Assembly: GCA_002471575.1 (NCBI GenBank)
Contig: DKQG01000046.1
Coordinates: 108,853-172,852 of the forward strand
DNA length: 64,000 nt
Reading direction: 5' to 3'
From: Alphaproteobacteria bacterium UBA7314
Lineage (GTDB): Bacteria; Pseudomonadota; Alphaproteobacteria; MPNO01; UBA830
Shown here: positions 9,616 through 19,370 of the stretch, piece by piece
Position numbering within the stretch: the first letter of the stretch is position 1
Layout of the letters: the number at the start of each line of letters is the position of its first letter
Made by a program: the position numbers and the translations under genes
Notes under the pieces: model-generated
Databases searched by the model: none
Told to the model about the DNA's origin: nothing
Seen by the model: the letters and a program-made list of their open reading frames with translations, nothing else

Positions 9616-9667
9616 TTGACACTTAAACCATTTCATATGAAATTATTTGAAACTAAAGAAATGAAAG
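9616..9667. promoter_or_regulatory. Promoter/operator region: TTGACA -35-like hexamer, perfect 14-bp palindrome ATTTCATATGAAAT (9630..9643) and two further ATGAAA half-sites
   Basis: Read directly; the palindrome sits in the spacer/-10 region immediately upstream of the monooxygenase gene at 9678, whose operon ends with a MarR regulator. Confidence 0.4.
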
Positions 9668-9677
9668 ACGCCTAACG

Positions 9678-10886
9678 ATGGCTGCTGTTCAGAAGCTCTT
9701 AGATGTCAGCCCGGACCAACTCATCCAAAGAGCAATCGATATGCGTCCGATGATCGCGGCGCAGGCCGACGAAACCGAGAGAAACCGCCAAGTCGCGCAA
9801 GAAATCATCGATCATGTTCGCAATGGGGACTTTTTTCGGATTTACCTGCCGAAAAAATTCGGCGGGCTCGAATTCGATAGCGCCACGGCAACCCGGATTT
9901 CCCTGGAATGGTCGTCCGCCGACGTCTCGACCGGATGGGTATGTGGCCTCGGTATCGTCCACCAGTGGCTGGTTGCGCAGTTTCCGGCCGATACCCACGA
10001 AGAAGTTTGGGGTGACAACCCCAGCCCGATGATTTGTGGTTCGTATGCCCCTGCAGGAGAAATGAAGGAGGTAGAAGGCGGCTACAGTCTAACCGGCGAG
10101 TACCATTTCTCAAGCGGTGTCGATGTTTCGAACTGGGCCATACTCGGCGTCTTTTTCCCGCCGCGCGAAGACGGCGCCCTCCCTATTCCCGGCTTCACGA
10201 TCGTGCCGAAATCGGACTTTGAGATCGACGACAACTGGCACGTGATGGGTTTGACGGGAACGGGATCCAAAACCGTGGTCTGTCAGGATCTTTTCATTCC
10301 CGCCCACAGGCGGGTCACTTTTTCGGAGTTGGTTTCCGGCAACTCGCCCGGTTACCAGGATCTGCAAAACAATCTCTACCGCTATCCCATCCTTTCCCTG
10401 GTCGCTTATGCGATTTCGACCCCCGCCGTAGGCGCCCTTAACGGGGCGATCGATGTGTTTCTCGATTCGATGAACGGCCGTAAAACACGCGGCGCCGTCG
10501 TCCTGGGCGGCAGCAAGGTTCGGGATTTCCAGGCCGTTCAAATGCGTGTGGGCCGGGCAGTCGCCAACCTTAAAGCCGCCAAGGCAATGCTGTTTTCGCA
10601 AATCGAAGAATCGCGGTCAGCGGTCATGGACCGTGGCGAAATTCTGGATGTTGGAGGACGCCTGGATAATAGGCTTACCCAGGCGAAGACGGTCGAACTC
10701 GCCGTGGACGGGCTCGACGAACTTTTTGGCGCGGTGGGTGGACACGGCATTCATACTTCGCAGCACGTACAGAGAGCTTGGCGCGATGCCCATGCGATCG
10801 CTCATCACATTAGCTTTAACTGGGATGCGCTAAGTTCCATGTATGGCCAGCATTTGCTGGGCGTCGAACCACAGGGGCAGTACTGA
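9678..10886 (+). CDS. Acyl-CoA dehydrogenase-fold flavin-dependent monooxygenase (oxygenase component of a two-component system, HsaA/C2-HpaH-like)
   Basis: 402 aa with ACAD-like domain order; no CoA-binding-type signatures recognised. Family assignment by overall similarity only. Confidence 0.7.
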   Translation: MAAVQKLLDVSPDQLIQRAIDMRPMIAAQADETERNRQVAQEIIDHVRNGDFFRIYLPKKFGGLEFDSATATRISLEWSSADVSTGWVCGLGIVHQWLVAQFPADTHEEVWGDNPSPMICGSYAPAGEMKEVEGGYSLTGEYHFSSGVDVSNWAILGVFFPPREDGALPIPGFTIVPKSDFEIDDNWHVMGLTGTGSKTVVCQDLFIPAHRRVTFSELVSGNSPGYQDLQNNLYRYPILSLVAYAISTPAVGALNGAIDVFLDSMNGRKTRGAVVLGGSKVRDFQAVQMRVGRAVANLKAAKAMLFSQIEESRSAVMDRGEILDVGGRLDNRLTQAKTVELAVDGLDELFGAVGGHGIHTSQHVQRAWRDAHAIAHHISFNWDALSSMYGQHLLGVEPQGQY

Positions 10887-10887
10887 C

Positions 10888-11160
10888 ATGGTCGCATACT
10901 GGCTTGTGGCGCTCCGCGACGAAGACATGGGACCGCCAGAGAACCACGCGGCTCAGGCACAGATCGGCGTCAAAAAATACGGTGGCTGGGCTTATCGCGG
11001 CTGAGGCGCTGTCATGGGTGACAAGATGGCGGTGTTTAAGTTCGGTTCTATGGAACAGGTCGTAGCCTGTTACAATTCGCCGAAGTATTAGAAGGCGAGA
11101 GAATTGCGTAACGGCAAGACCGACGCTCTATTTCTCGTCGTGGAGGAAACCGATACATGA
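10888..11160 (+). pseudogene. DUF1330 family gene disrupted by two in-frame stop codons (TGA at ~11002, TAG at ~11089)
   Basis: A single frame reads MVAYWLVALRDEDMGPPENHAAQAQIGVKKYGGWAYRG*GAVMGDKMAVFKFGSMEQVVACYNSPKY*KARELRNGKTDALFLVVEETDT*. It aligns along its full length to the DUF1330 consensus (...KFGGRFLVRGG...VVIEFPS...ACYRSPEYQ...ADLIIIEGY). The stops replace the conserved Gly (GGA to TGA) and Gln (CAG to TAG). Its final TGA overlaps the marR ATG (ATGA). Confidence 0.5.
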
Positions 11161-11639
11161 CAGGCAAGATACCAGAGTTTCATCTGGAGCAGTTTTTGCC
11201 TTATCTGGTCCATCGCGTGGGCTCACGCCTCGCCGAGGGATTCGAAGACAGTCTCGACCAAGCGGGTCTTAGCCTGCAGCAATGGCGTGCCGCCGCGGTG
11301 CTGTACGATTTCGGCCCTCAGACAATGGGCGACATTGCGCGCCGCACCAATATCAACGCATCGACCATGACCCGGTTGATCGGCCAGATGGAAAAACAGA
11401 ACTTGGTAAAACGTGAACGTCCGGTCGCGAACCAGCGTACCGTTTATGTGCGGTTGCTGACTGAAGGACGAAGACGCGTCTTAAACCTGATCCCAAAGGT
11501 AATTGATTACGAGGACAACGTAAGCGCCTGTTTTTCTGAAGCCGAGTTACGGACATTTAAGACACTGCTGGAGAAGTTCTTTCACAGCCTGGTTGACGAG
11601 GGCAGATCCATAGACAACCCCGAACAAATGGCTGGTTAG
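11157..11639 (+). CDS. MarR family transcriptional regulator
   Basis: 160 aa with winged-HTH region TMGDIARRTNINASTMTRLIGQMEKQNLVKRERPVANQRTVYVRLTEGR. Confidence 0.85.
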   Translation: MTGKIPEFHLEQFLPYLVHRVGSRLAEGFEDSLDQAGLSLQQWRAAAVLYDFGPQTMGDIARRTNINASTMTRLIGQMEKQNLVKRERPVANQRTVYVRLLTEGRRRVLNLIPKVIDYEDNVSACFSEAELRTFKTLLEKFFHSLVDEGRSIDNPEQMAG

Positions 11640-11789
11640 CGCCGGCTCCGCGTTATCAGGGCATCAACTGCCGCAAGGACATCCCCGCAACTATGCCCCC
11701 CCTAACTCCGCGTGATTGGCCAGCCCCCTTGTCAGGCGATGGGTAGCGGTTTTACTTTCGTGTATCGATAGAAAGAGCGGTCCAACAGA

Positions 11790-12635
11790 ATGAATATCGC
11801 CCCTATCTCGGATGCCGGCGGCGCAATTGTGTCCGGCATTGATCTGCGCCGGGACCTCGCACCGCAGGATGCAACGGCAATCAGGAATGCTTTTCTGGAA
11901 TACGGCGTTGTCGTCATTCGGGAGCAGGACCTGAATACCGAGGACCAGATAAGATTCTGCAACGCAATGGGTGGAACTGCCACCCGAGGAAAACCCGCCG
12001 ATCAACGGGCCGACGATGCCGACAGCGCCTATGACGGAGCCGTCCACGTGGTGACGAACCTGACCGAGGATGGAAAGCCATTGGGGTCTTTCGGCGATGG
12101 CGAGGTCTGGTTCCATCACGACGGCAGCTTTAAAGAAATTCCATACGCCGCAACGGTTTTATACGGCATGGCGGTCACCTCGACCGGCGGAGAAACTGTC
12201 TTTGCCAACATGTATATGGCATATGACCGTCTCAGCGAGGTAACGAAGAAACGGATCGACGGCCTCGACGGACTCAATGTCTACGACTACGCCAGCACCG
12301 GACGCGTGGATCTTGAGCAGGACATATCAAATATCAATCACTGGGTTCACCCGCTGGTGATCCGGCACCCGGATACGGGCCGCCGTGCGCTCTATGTCAG
12401 TCCTCTTATCACTGCTCGAATCGAAGGCCTGTCCAAAACGGAAAGCGACACGCTGCTGGAAGAACTGTTCCGCTATCAGGAAGACGACGAAATTATCTTT
12501 GAGCACAAATGGAAAGCAGGCGACCTAGTAATGATGGACAATCGCAGCATCACCCATGCCCGCAGGGATTTCCCCGCCGGCGAACCGCGCATGCTACGCC
12601 GCACGATGGTGGAAGGCGTATCTATCGGCCCCTGA
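11790..12635 (+). CDS. TauD/TfdA family Fe(II)/2-oxoglutarate-dependent dioxygenase
   Basis: 281 aa; WHHDGSF...H motifs and TauD-like layout. Confidence 0.82.
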   Translation: MNIAPISDAGGAIVSGIDLRRDLAPQDATAIRNAFLEYGVVVIREQDLNTEDQIRFCNAMGGTATRGKPADQRADDADSAYDGAVHVVTNLTEDGKPLGSFGDGEVWFHHDGSFKEIPYAATVLYGMAVTSTGGETVFANMYMAYDRLSEVTKKRIDGLDGLNVYDYASTGRVDLEQDISNINHWVHPLVIRHPDTGRRALYVSPLITARIEGLSKTESDTLLEELFRYQEDDEIIFEHKWKAGDLVMMDNRSITHARRDFPAGEPRMLRRTMVEGVSIGP

Positions 12636-12799
12636 GACCCGTTGCTCAGATATCGAAGCTCTCACCACTGATCTTGGTTGCGTAGAACCCGATAACGGCG
12701 CCGGCGTTCGCGCCTTCAGCGACAAAACTTTGAGAAAGCGCTGGCTCTCAACACATCGAAACAGTTTGAACGCAGGTCGAATTACCGTATTGAAGAGGA

Positions 12800-13258
12800 A
12801 TGTTGTTTGCGAGTTTGTTCCAGAAAAAATCCCAGCCGGTCCCCTTTTCGCCGGATATACCGCCGGACGAACGTCCGCTGCTTTTGGCCGAACTGACGGC
12901 ATGCGCAAATCGCAGTGGCGGATCCCTTAAAAATGCTCGGCGAGCGCAGGCTCTCGCCGACTTGTTCCGGGGTCTGTCCCCTGCCGGAAAAAAAGTATTT
13001 GCAGATACGCTGGGGACACTCAACGATGCCGCCAGCCGCACGTCGGGCGAACAATACAGCGAGATAGAAGAGGCAGAGTTTTTCGGGGGGTCGGAAAGCA
13101 AGCTGGCGTTGCTGGACATGTTTGAAACACCTAGGCGCCGGATACTGCATCATTTGAGCGGAACCAGTTCAGGCCTAAAAATTCTCGGTGAAATCAGCAC
13201 TCTGTCAGAAGTCGATGTCCAGAAGGATATAGACGAAGTAAAAGACGCCTCATCATAG
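12800..13258 (+). pseudogene. Malonyl-CoA decarboxylase (MatA/MCD) N-terminal fragment (~150 of ~460 aa), 3' truncated
   Basis: ...LLLAELTACANRSGGSLKNARRAQALADLFRGLSPAGKKVFADTL...ETPRRRILHHLSGTSSGLKILGEISTL resembles the MCD N-terminal helical domain (..GKLAFFQAL..EPRRQELIRRLNRAPGGTARLVAMRSDLL). The catalytic domain is absent; the ORF ends 48 bp before a convergent BVMO remnant. Confidence 0.42.
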
Positions 13259-13305
13259 CGATCGGCGTCGCCCAGAAACGGCACCATCCACGATGTTATC
13301 GCCCG

Positions 13306-13995
13306 CTAGGTCACTGCGGGTTTTTCGGTCTTCGACGGTGAAATTTCGAAATCTGCCCTTTTTAACCGGCGCATCTGACGCCGGTACTCATACATGAATC
13401 CCGGCCATTGGGTTGTCACCTTACCCGACGGGTCCTGGTAGTAGCTGTGGCATGAATCTGCGACCAACACGGTTTTCTCCAGTCTGCCCTGGATATCTAT
13501 GTTGAATGCATCTTGCACCGGGCGCCGCACGGAAATTTGTCTGATTTCGGGGCGGCTGAGCAGCCCCGCAGCGTCCGCTATATACCGGGCCTGGCTCTCC
13601 AGCATATACACGATGCTCCCCGCAATGTTGGTATTGGGGCCGCAGATCATAAAGAAGTTTGGAAACCCCGCCACCGTCACGCCGAGATAAGCCTCGGCGC
13701 CATCTTTCCAGACGTGGTTAAGATCGGTACCGGCTAGCCCCGTAATCTTCAGAGGCGTGAGGTATTGGGTTGGCGTAAAACCGGTGCCGTAGATAAGAAC
13801 GTCTGCCGGCTGGAATTCTCGGTCCTGCGTGACAAAGCCGTTAGTGCGTATCTCTGTAACCGGACTGTCCAACAGCTCCACGTTCTCGCGCTGCAACGCT
13901 GGATACCAGTCGTTCGACTGCAGTACGCGCTTGCAACCAAGCGGATAAGACGGGGTCAACGAAAAGCCTGTGAGTGTTTCGAAACACCTCCGAAA
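13306..13995 (-). pseudogene. Baeyer-Villiger/flavin-containing monooxygenase C-terminal fragment (about 230 aa; N-terminal FAD/NADP-binding half missing)
   Basis: Track ORF 13306..13959 begins at TTG; the frame is open up to ~13995. SYPLGCKRVLQSNDWYPALQRENVELLD...ADVLIYGTGF...FMICGPNT matches the C-terminal region of class B FMOs (cf. CHMO ...KRPLCDSGYYNTFNRDNVRL...MLICATGF...). No GxGxxG region upstream. Confidence 0.55.
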
Positions 13996-14320
13996 CGGCC
14001 ATTAGGCCCTCCCATTCGGCAAGTCGGTCCCACATTTCGACGCGGGCTGCTTCCTTTGCATTCCTCCCCATGAAGAGATTGTCCGGATAAATTGTTTCCA
14101 GATATCGGCAAATCGCTGCCGCTTCGCCGATCCAGTCACCGTCATCCAGTTCGAGAATGGGTACTCGGCGATGCGGATGTCTCTCGCAGAACGCATCGCT
14201 TAATTCTGCCGGGTTTCCGGGGTCGCTGGCCTCGACGATCTCTATATCGATCCCCTTTTCCGCGACGAACATTGTCGCCCTGCGCGGGTTAGGCGCGCTT
14301 AACCAGGTATAAAGTTTCAC
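13996..14320 (-). pseudogene. Glutathione S-transferase N-terminal fragment, fused by deletion to the BVMO remnant
   Basis: Track ORF 13841..14320: MKLYTWLSAPNPRRATMFVAEKGIDIEIVE...RVPILELDDGDWIGEAAAICRYLETIYPD is a canonical GST N-terminal thioredoxin-like domain. The GST frame runs out of homology and overlaps the BVMO frame around 13960-13995. Confidence 0.5.
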
Positions 14321-15336
14321 GCGTCGGTCTCCGCCGAAATGAAATTTTTCAGTAACTGCCTCGCCTGCAGTACCGGCGCGTCGGCGTTCACGTCGATGGG
14401 CTGCCAGACCGACGTGTTATCCAGGGATTTTTGCTGCGCTTCGACAATCTCGACGTCTTCCGAAAATATACTTTTGAACTCCGTATGCATCGCCCCGGTT
14501 ACGGCGATATCGTCGGTATTGTAATTCCGTCCGACCGACCAGAAATAGTGACAGGACGTTTCCGTTTCCGGTGTCACGAAATGCGCGGTGTGCAGGGTCA
14601 CGCCCTGCGACCGGTCCCCGGTTTCCGCACCGCTGCCCGCGATCGCGCACCCGATATCGAAGGCGCACAGGGATGGCGGCGTGAACTCCCACAAAAGCCA
14701 CCGGTCGACGTTTTCCTCTGTCCCGCTCGCACGGGCGAAGGTAGGCGACGGGACAACATCCATCATCCAGCGCCCAGCGCTGACCGTGCGATCCGTGCGC
14801 TCCACCCTGGGGGCCGTATCGGTAATCGCGCTGGATCCCAGCGTATCTGGGTGCACGAAGGGGGCATGCGTGTTGTCGAGCTGAATGTCGATCAGCAGAT
14901 CGTAAGCGCAAGCCACGGCCCAGTATTCGCCGGTGGCAACCCAGCCGGGGTCGTCTCGCCAGAATACGTCGGGAATGAGACCTTGGTCCGCGGCATCCGG
15001 GTCACCCATCCAAATCCACAGCCAATCGTACATTTCGACAACCGGGTATCGACGAACTGCGGCCCCGGGCGGTACACGGCTTTGACCAGGCACCGAAACG
15101 CAGGCGCCGGACACATCGAACTCAAGCCCGTGGTAACCACATTGGAGATGGCCGTTAGAAACCTTGCCGAGAGACAGCGGCAAGTGGCGGTGACAGCACC
15201 TGTCCTCCAGCGCTGCAACCGTCCCATCGGAAGTACGGAAAAGGACGACAGGCTCGCCCAAGAAAATTTTACCGACCGGTTCGTTCGTAACTTCGCCCGA
15301 CAGGCCGGCGATATACCAGCAGTTTCTCAAATACAC
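14317..15336 (-). CDS. Rieske [2Fe-2S] non-heme iron oxygenase, VanA (vanillate O-demethylase oxygenase)-like
   Basis: 339 aa; Rieske motif CCHRHLPLSLGKVSNGHLQCGYHGLEF; VanA/PobA-like single-subunit architecture with C-terminal catalytic domain. Confidence 0.85.
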   Translation of the reverse strand: MYLRNCWYIAGLSGEVTNEPVGKIFLGEPVVLFRTSDGTVAALEDRCCHRHLPLSLGKVSNGHLQCGYHGLEFDVSGACVSVPGQSRVPPGAAVRRYPVVEMYDWLWIWMGDPDAADQGLIPDVFWRDDPGWVATGEYWAVACAYDLLIDIQLDNTHAPFVHPDTLGSSAITDTAPRVERTDRTVSAGRWMMDVVPSPTFARASGTEENVDRWLLWEFTPPSLCAFDIGCAIAGSGAETGDRSQGVTLHTAHFVTPETETSCHYFWSVGRNYNTDDIAVTGAMHTEFKSIFSEDVEIVEAQQKSLDNTSVWQPIDVNADAPVLQARQLLKNFISAETDA

Positions 15337-15407
15337 GACACTTGGCTCCGTTGGCGTTCATTCACGTCAATGATACCGTTGAAGACGGCTGAAAAAAAAG
15401 GCATCGG

Positions 15408-17108
15408 ATGACCGGTTGGGACTACATCATCGTCGGCGCGGGATCGGCAGGCACCGTGATCGCAGCACGGCTGACTGAAATCCCGACCAACCGGGTGCTA
15501 CTGCTTGAGGCAGGGCGGGACACGCCGCCAGGCGACGAGGGCGATGAAGTTCGAGATCCGCTGTATCGCGCGACGTATCATTCCCGCAATACGTGGCCTG
15601 GCGTCATGGCACAGTGGCGGCCCCTGCCCCACAACGATCCGGATTCCGTTCCTGCGTTTCCCTATGACCAGGGACGGGTCATGGGCGGCGGATCGTCAGT
15701 AAATTCGATGGTTGCGATCCGCGGTATGCCCGGGGATTTCGAGGAATGGGTGGACGCCGGGGCATTGGGCTGGGGCTGGGACGATGTACTCAAATATTAC
15801 AAGCGCCTGGAAACAGACACCGATTTCGGTGACGATCCGCGGCACGGTAATGACGGACCTATTTCCATCCGGCGGCACAGGCGGTCGGACTGGCCGGGAT
15901 TCTGTGACGCAATTGCATCCGAACTGCACAGGCGCGGCTTCCCCTACGTAAAGGACATGAACGTTGAACCGCGCGACGGCGTGTGTTCGGTAGCGCTCAC
16001 CAGCACCCGGTCTATGCGTCAATCGACGGCGATCTGCTATCTGACGCCTGAGGTCCGCGCCCGCAACAATCTCGAGATACGGAGTGATTGCTACGCCGAA
16101 AGCCTGATGTTCGATGGCACGCGGTGCATCGGTATCCGGGTTCGCGCCCCGGCCGGCGAAGAAATACTCTCTGCACGTGAGATCATTATCTCCGCGGGCG
16201 CTTTGCAATCTCCCGCGCTGTTGATGCGGTCGGGCGTCGGTCCGGCGGCGCATCTTCGGGAACATGGGATCGAAGTTGTCGCGGACCGCGCCGGGGTCGG
16301 ACAGAACCTTCACGAACACCCGACATGTATCCTGGCCGCACATCTTCGTCTCAACGGCATGCAGCCTGCGGCTTTGCGTGCCGCAGGGAATATGGCGCTG
16401 CGGCATTCGTCGAAATTGGGGGACTGCCCCCCGCACGATTTCTATATCGCCATCGCGAACAAGGTTAGCTGGCACCCACTCGGCAACCGTATCGGCGGCG
16501 CAATCGCCGCAGTTGTAAAGCCTTATTCCCGGGGGGCGGTCTCTCTGAAGAGTGCCGACCCGACCATCAATCCTCGTGTCGCCTTTCACGTAATGGAAGA
16601 TGAGCGCGATTTCACGCGCATGAAGATGGCGTTACGATTATTCTATGAAATATTCTGCAGCGATGCGGTCAGGGATGTCACCACAGAGGCATTTCCAGCC
16701 GCGTTCTCCGCCCGAGTGCGGCAGCTCAACATGGAGACCCCAGTCAACTGGTGGAAATCCTTTGCGGGCTCACTGTTGATGGACATGCCGGGACCGGTGC
16801 GCCGCACCGCCCTGAAAACCCTGATTGCACCAGGGCCGTCCCTTGAGGATATTTTCGCCACCGAAGAGACGCTTGGATCTTGGATTCGGGAAAACTGCCG
16901 TGGATTTTTCCACCCCGTCGGCACCTGCCGCTTCGGGCGGAAAGACGATCCGTCTGCGGTGCTCGATCCTGCCGGTCGGGTATATGGTGTAGTCGGCCTG
17001 CGAATTGCGGACGCTTCCGTCATGCCGTCGATCACACGGGCGAACACCAATCTGACAGCTATCATGATCGGTGAAAAAGTGGCGGACCTGATAAAGGACG
17101 GTACCTAG
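15408..17108 (+). CDS. GMC family (choline dehydrogenase-like) FAD oxidoreductase
   Basis: 566 aa; N-terminal DYIIVGAGSAGTVIAARLTE Rossmann motif; C-terminal GMC signature region. Divergent from the VanA-like gene. Confidence 0.85.
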   Translation: MTGWDYIIVGAGSAGTVIAARLTEIPTNRVLLLEAGRDTPPGDEGDEVRDPLYRATYHSRNTWPGVMAQWRPLPHNDPDSVPAFPYDQGRVMGGGSSVNSMVAIRGMPGDFEEWVDAGALGWGWDDVLKYYKRLETDTDFGDDPRHGNDGPISIRRHRRSDWPGFCDAIASELHRRGFPYVKDMNVEPRDGVCSVALTSTRSMRQSTAICYLTPEVRARNNLEIRSDCYAESLMFDGTRCIGIRVRAPAGEEILSAREIIISAGALQSPALLMRSGVGPAAHLREHGIEVVADRAGVGQNLHEHPTCILAAHLRLNGMQPAALRAAGNMALRHSSKLGDCPPHDFYIAIANKVSWHPLGNRIGGAIAAVVKPYSRGAVSLKSADPTINPRVAFHVMEDERDFTRMKMALRLFYEIFCSDAVRDVTTEAFPAAFSARVRQLNMETPVNWWKSFAGSLLMDMPGPVRRTALKTLIAPGPSLEDIFATEETLGSWIRENCRGFFHPVGTCRFGRKDDPSAVLDPAGRVYGVVGLRIADASVMPSITRANTNLTAIMIGEKVADLIKDGT

Positions 17109-17520
17109 GCCGCCGATCTTTTCTCCTATGCAAACGCATCGGAGCTAGTCGGCAGCCCAAAGGCACCGGCACCGCGTATTTCGTCAGCGACGCCCCATCC
17201 TCGGCAGAACTCCATGGGTTTCCTTGGAAATCATGCTCATTTTTGGATGGGAGACGGTGCCATCTCTTCACTCAATCACAAGGCATTCGACGCCCTGATA
17301 TCGAAGCTAAGTGCCTACCGCCATACCAATCGGACCGCCACCGACGATCAACACCGGTATTTCCTTCACGCTGGCTAAAGCGCCGCCTCCCAGCCGTGGA
17401 GCCTCGCCCCGGGCGCCTCAGTGTCATTTTGGTGCACCGAAATTCCTCCCAAGACGGCGAGAGCATGCCGGGAATTATATATTAACTCCAATATATATTA
17501 CTGATATATTCATAATCTAA

Positions 17521-18528
17521 ATGCATGATTTATCTCAACTTCGGAACCTCAACGTCAGACAGATTCTTGATCTGCTGGCCATCGTTGAACAGGGCGGCGT
17601 CACGGCCGCTGCCAAGACACTCAACGTTTCTCAGCCGGCGTTGACCCGATCAATCCAACAACTTGAAGACAGCCTCGACGTTGAATTGCTGGCCCGGGAA
17701 GGACGCGGTGTCGTGCCGACCCGCTTCGGACTCTCGCTGGCTGAACACGCGCGAACCATCGAGGCGGAGCTCCGCCACGCTACGCGTAACCTCAGCGACC
17801 TTCGAACGGTTGAAGCCGGGCATCTGGTAATCGGTGCCTCGCCAATCGGCCTTGCTACGCTGGTCGGACCGACGCTCTCGCGCCTGCACGACGAAATTCC
17901 CGGGCTGACTGTCGAGGTCCGCAATGATCCGTTTGAAATCCAGCTCGACGATCTGGACAACGGCGAAATCGATATCGTGATCGGCGCTCTATGGGGCGCT
18001 AAGACCCATGAGCACTTGGTGGAGGAAATTCTGTTTCAGAATTCCATGTCTGTCATATTACGCAGCGACCATCGCCTGACACGCCGGAAAAATCTGAGTT
18101 TTTCCGATCTGACCGATGAAACCTGGATAATTGCGCGCGGGTCCGCCGCGATCCGCCAGCTCGTTGCCAACGAGTTTCGGTTCGAAGGCAGCGAACTGCC
18201 AGTTTTCACGATCGAGACAGACTCTATGCTCTGTGTGAAAAGCTTACTTATCGCGAGCGACTTCATTTCAGCGAATCCAGCGGAACTGTTCGCAACGGAA
18301 ATCGAACGTGGCGTGCTTGCGACTCTGCCGCTTCGATGGCACTCCGGCACCCGCCCAATCGGATTTATGCTCCGCGAGCACGGCACGATAACGCCCTCAC
18401 TCGCCGCGCTGATAGATATCCTCCGCGATATCGGCCGAGAGATCGCGGAAGATCAGATCAAGCCTCGACCACGGCGATCCCCTGTATCTCGACCATCATC
18501 TCGGGTTGGGCAAACCCGGCGCAAGTAA
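17521..18528 (+). CDS. LysR family transcriptional regulator
   Basis: N-terminal HTH LNVRQILDLLAIVEQGGVTAAAKTLNVSQPALTRSIQQLE. 335 aa with a C-terminal tail that overlaps the convergent RidA gene by ~70 bp. Confidence 0.85.
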   Translation: MHDLSQLRNLNVRQILDLLAIVEQGGVTAAAKTLNVSQPALTRSIQQLEDSLDVELLAREGRGVVPTRFGLSLAEHARTIEAELRHATRNLSDLRTVEAGHLVIGASPIGLATLVGPTLSRLHDEIPGLTVEVRNDPFEIQLDDLDNGEIDIVIGALWGAKTHEHLVEEILFQNSMSVILRSDHRLTRRKNLSFSDLTDETWIIARGSAAIRQLVANEFRFEGSELPVFTIETDSMLCVKSLLIASDFISANPAELFATEIERGVLATLPLRWHSGTRPIGFMLREHGTITPSLAALIDILRDIGREIAEDQIKPRPRRSPVSRPSSRVGQTRRK

Positions 18529-18856
18529 TCAGAGCGCTGCCAGGAAAATTCCCATCCGGGAAGTACTCCTTACGCAACTCGGTGAATTCCGTGCCGAAGC
18601 GAGAATCGATGATGAAAACCGTCATCTGTACGATATCGGCGAGCGAACCGCCGCATTGCTTCAGGAACGTCTCGATATTGGCAAAGGACTGCCGCGTCTG
18701 CGCTTCGAAATCTCCGTGCAGCGGCGATCCATCGGGCATTTGCGGCGCTCCATACCCGGCCAGCCAGATAATCTTCTGATCGTTACCGCTGGTGATGACG
18801 GCCGGAGAGAAAGACCGGTTCTTCTGCCAGGTACCGTGGATAAATTTGCGTTCCAT
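18458..18856 (-). CDS. RidA/YjgF/TdcF family protein
   Basis: Track ORF 18458..18949; likely start MERKFIHG (ATG 18856) with GAGG 8 nt upstream. ...ADIVQMTVFIIDSRFGTEFTELRKEYFPDGNFPGSALITCAGFAQPEMMVEIQGIAVV is the RidA fold signature. Confidence 0.8.
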   Translation of the reverse strand: MERKFIHGTWQKNRSFSPAVITSGNDQKIIWLAGYGAPQMPDGSPLHGDFEAQTRQSFANIETFLKQCGGSLADIVQMTVFIIDSRFGTEFTELRKEYFPDGNFPGSALITCAGFAQPEMMVEIQGIAVVEA

Positions 18857-19370
18857 GTTTTTAACCTCAGAGTAATTGCTATCCAGCAAAGCACGACGTT
18901 GTGTCGAGCGCGAGCATTGTCTGATTACGCGAGATCGTCGCCCGCACATTTCAGTTCGCCCGCTTGGGCGGCACCCACCCGAGTTGGAACGTCCACCACC
19001 TATTCCAGATACCCAGACGCTTCTTCAATCAGATGGGCCGCATTCCGACGGATGACGCCTACTTCAGCATATCGCCAACGGATCAGCGCAGTGGCGTCGG
19101 TGGAACATCCGCTGATCGGCATCAACTGCCGCCTGTGTGAACATTCGGACTACAGCGAACGGGCTTTTCCGCCATAAACCGGCGCCTGCTCATCGACGAG
19201 CACGGGCACTATATCTCCCCGGTCGCGTTTGTGGATTGAAAACGCCAGATGCCATCAGCATTTGATCCGTAATAAAAATTACGTAGATTAAATCTTATGT
19301 ATCCTGCCCAGACAATTGACAACTCCACCGGCAATTTGTCGATCCTTAGGCCAATACGGGGCGCGGGCCG

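Noticed and set aside
15696-16589. 297-aa minus-strand ORF
   Set aside because: Entirely inside and antisense to the GMC oxidoreductase gene. This is typical of long spurious ORFs in high-GC DNA.
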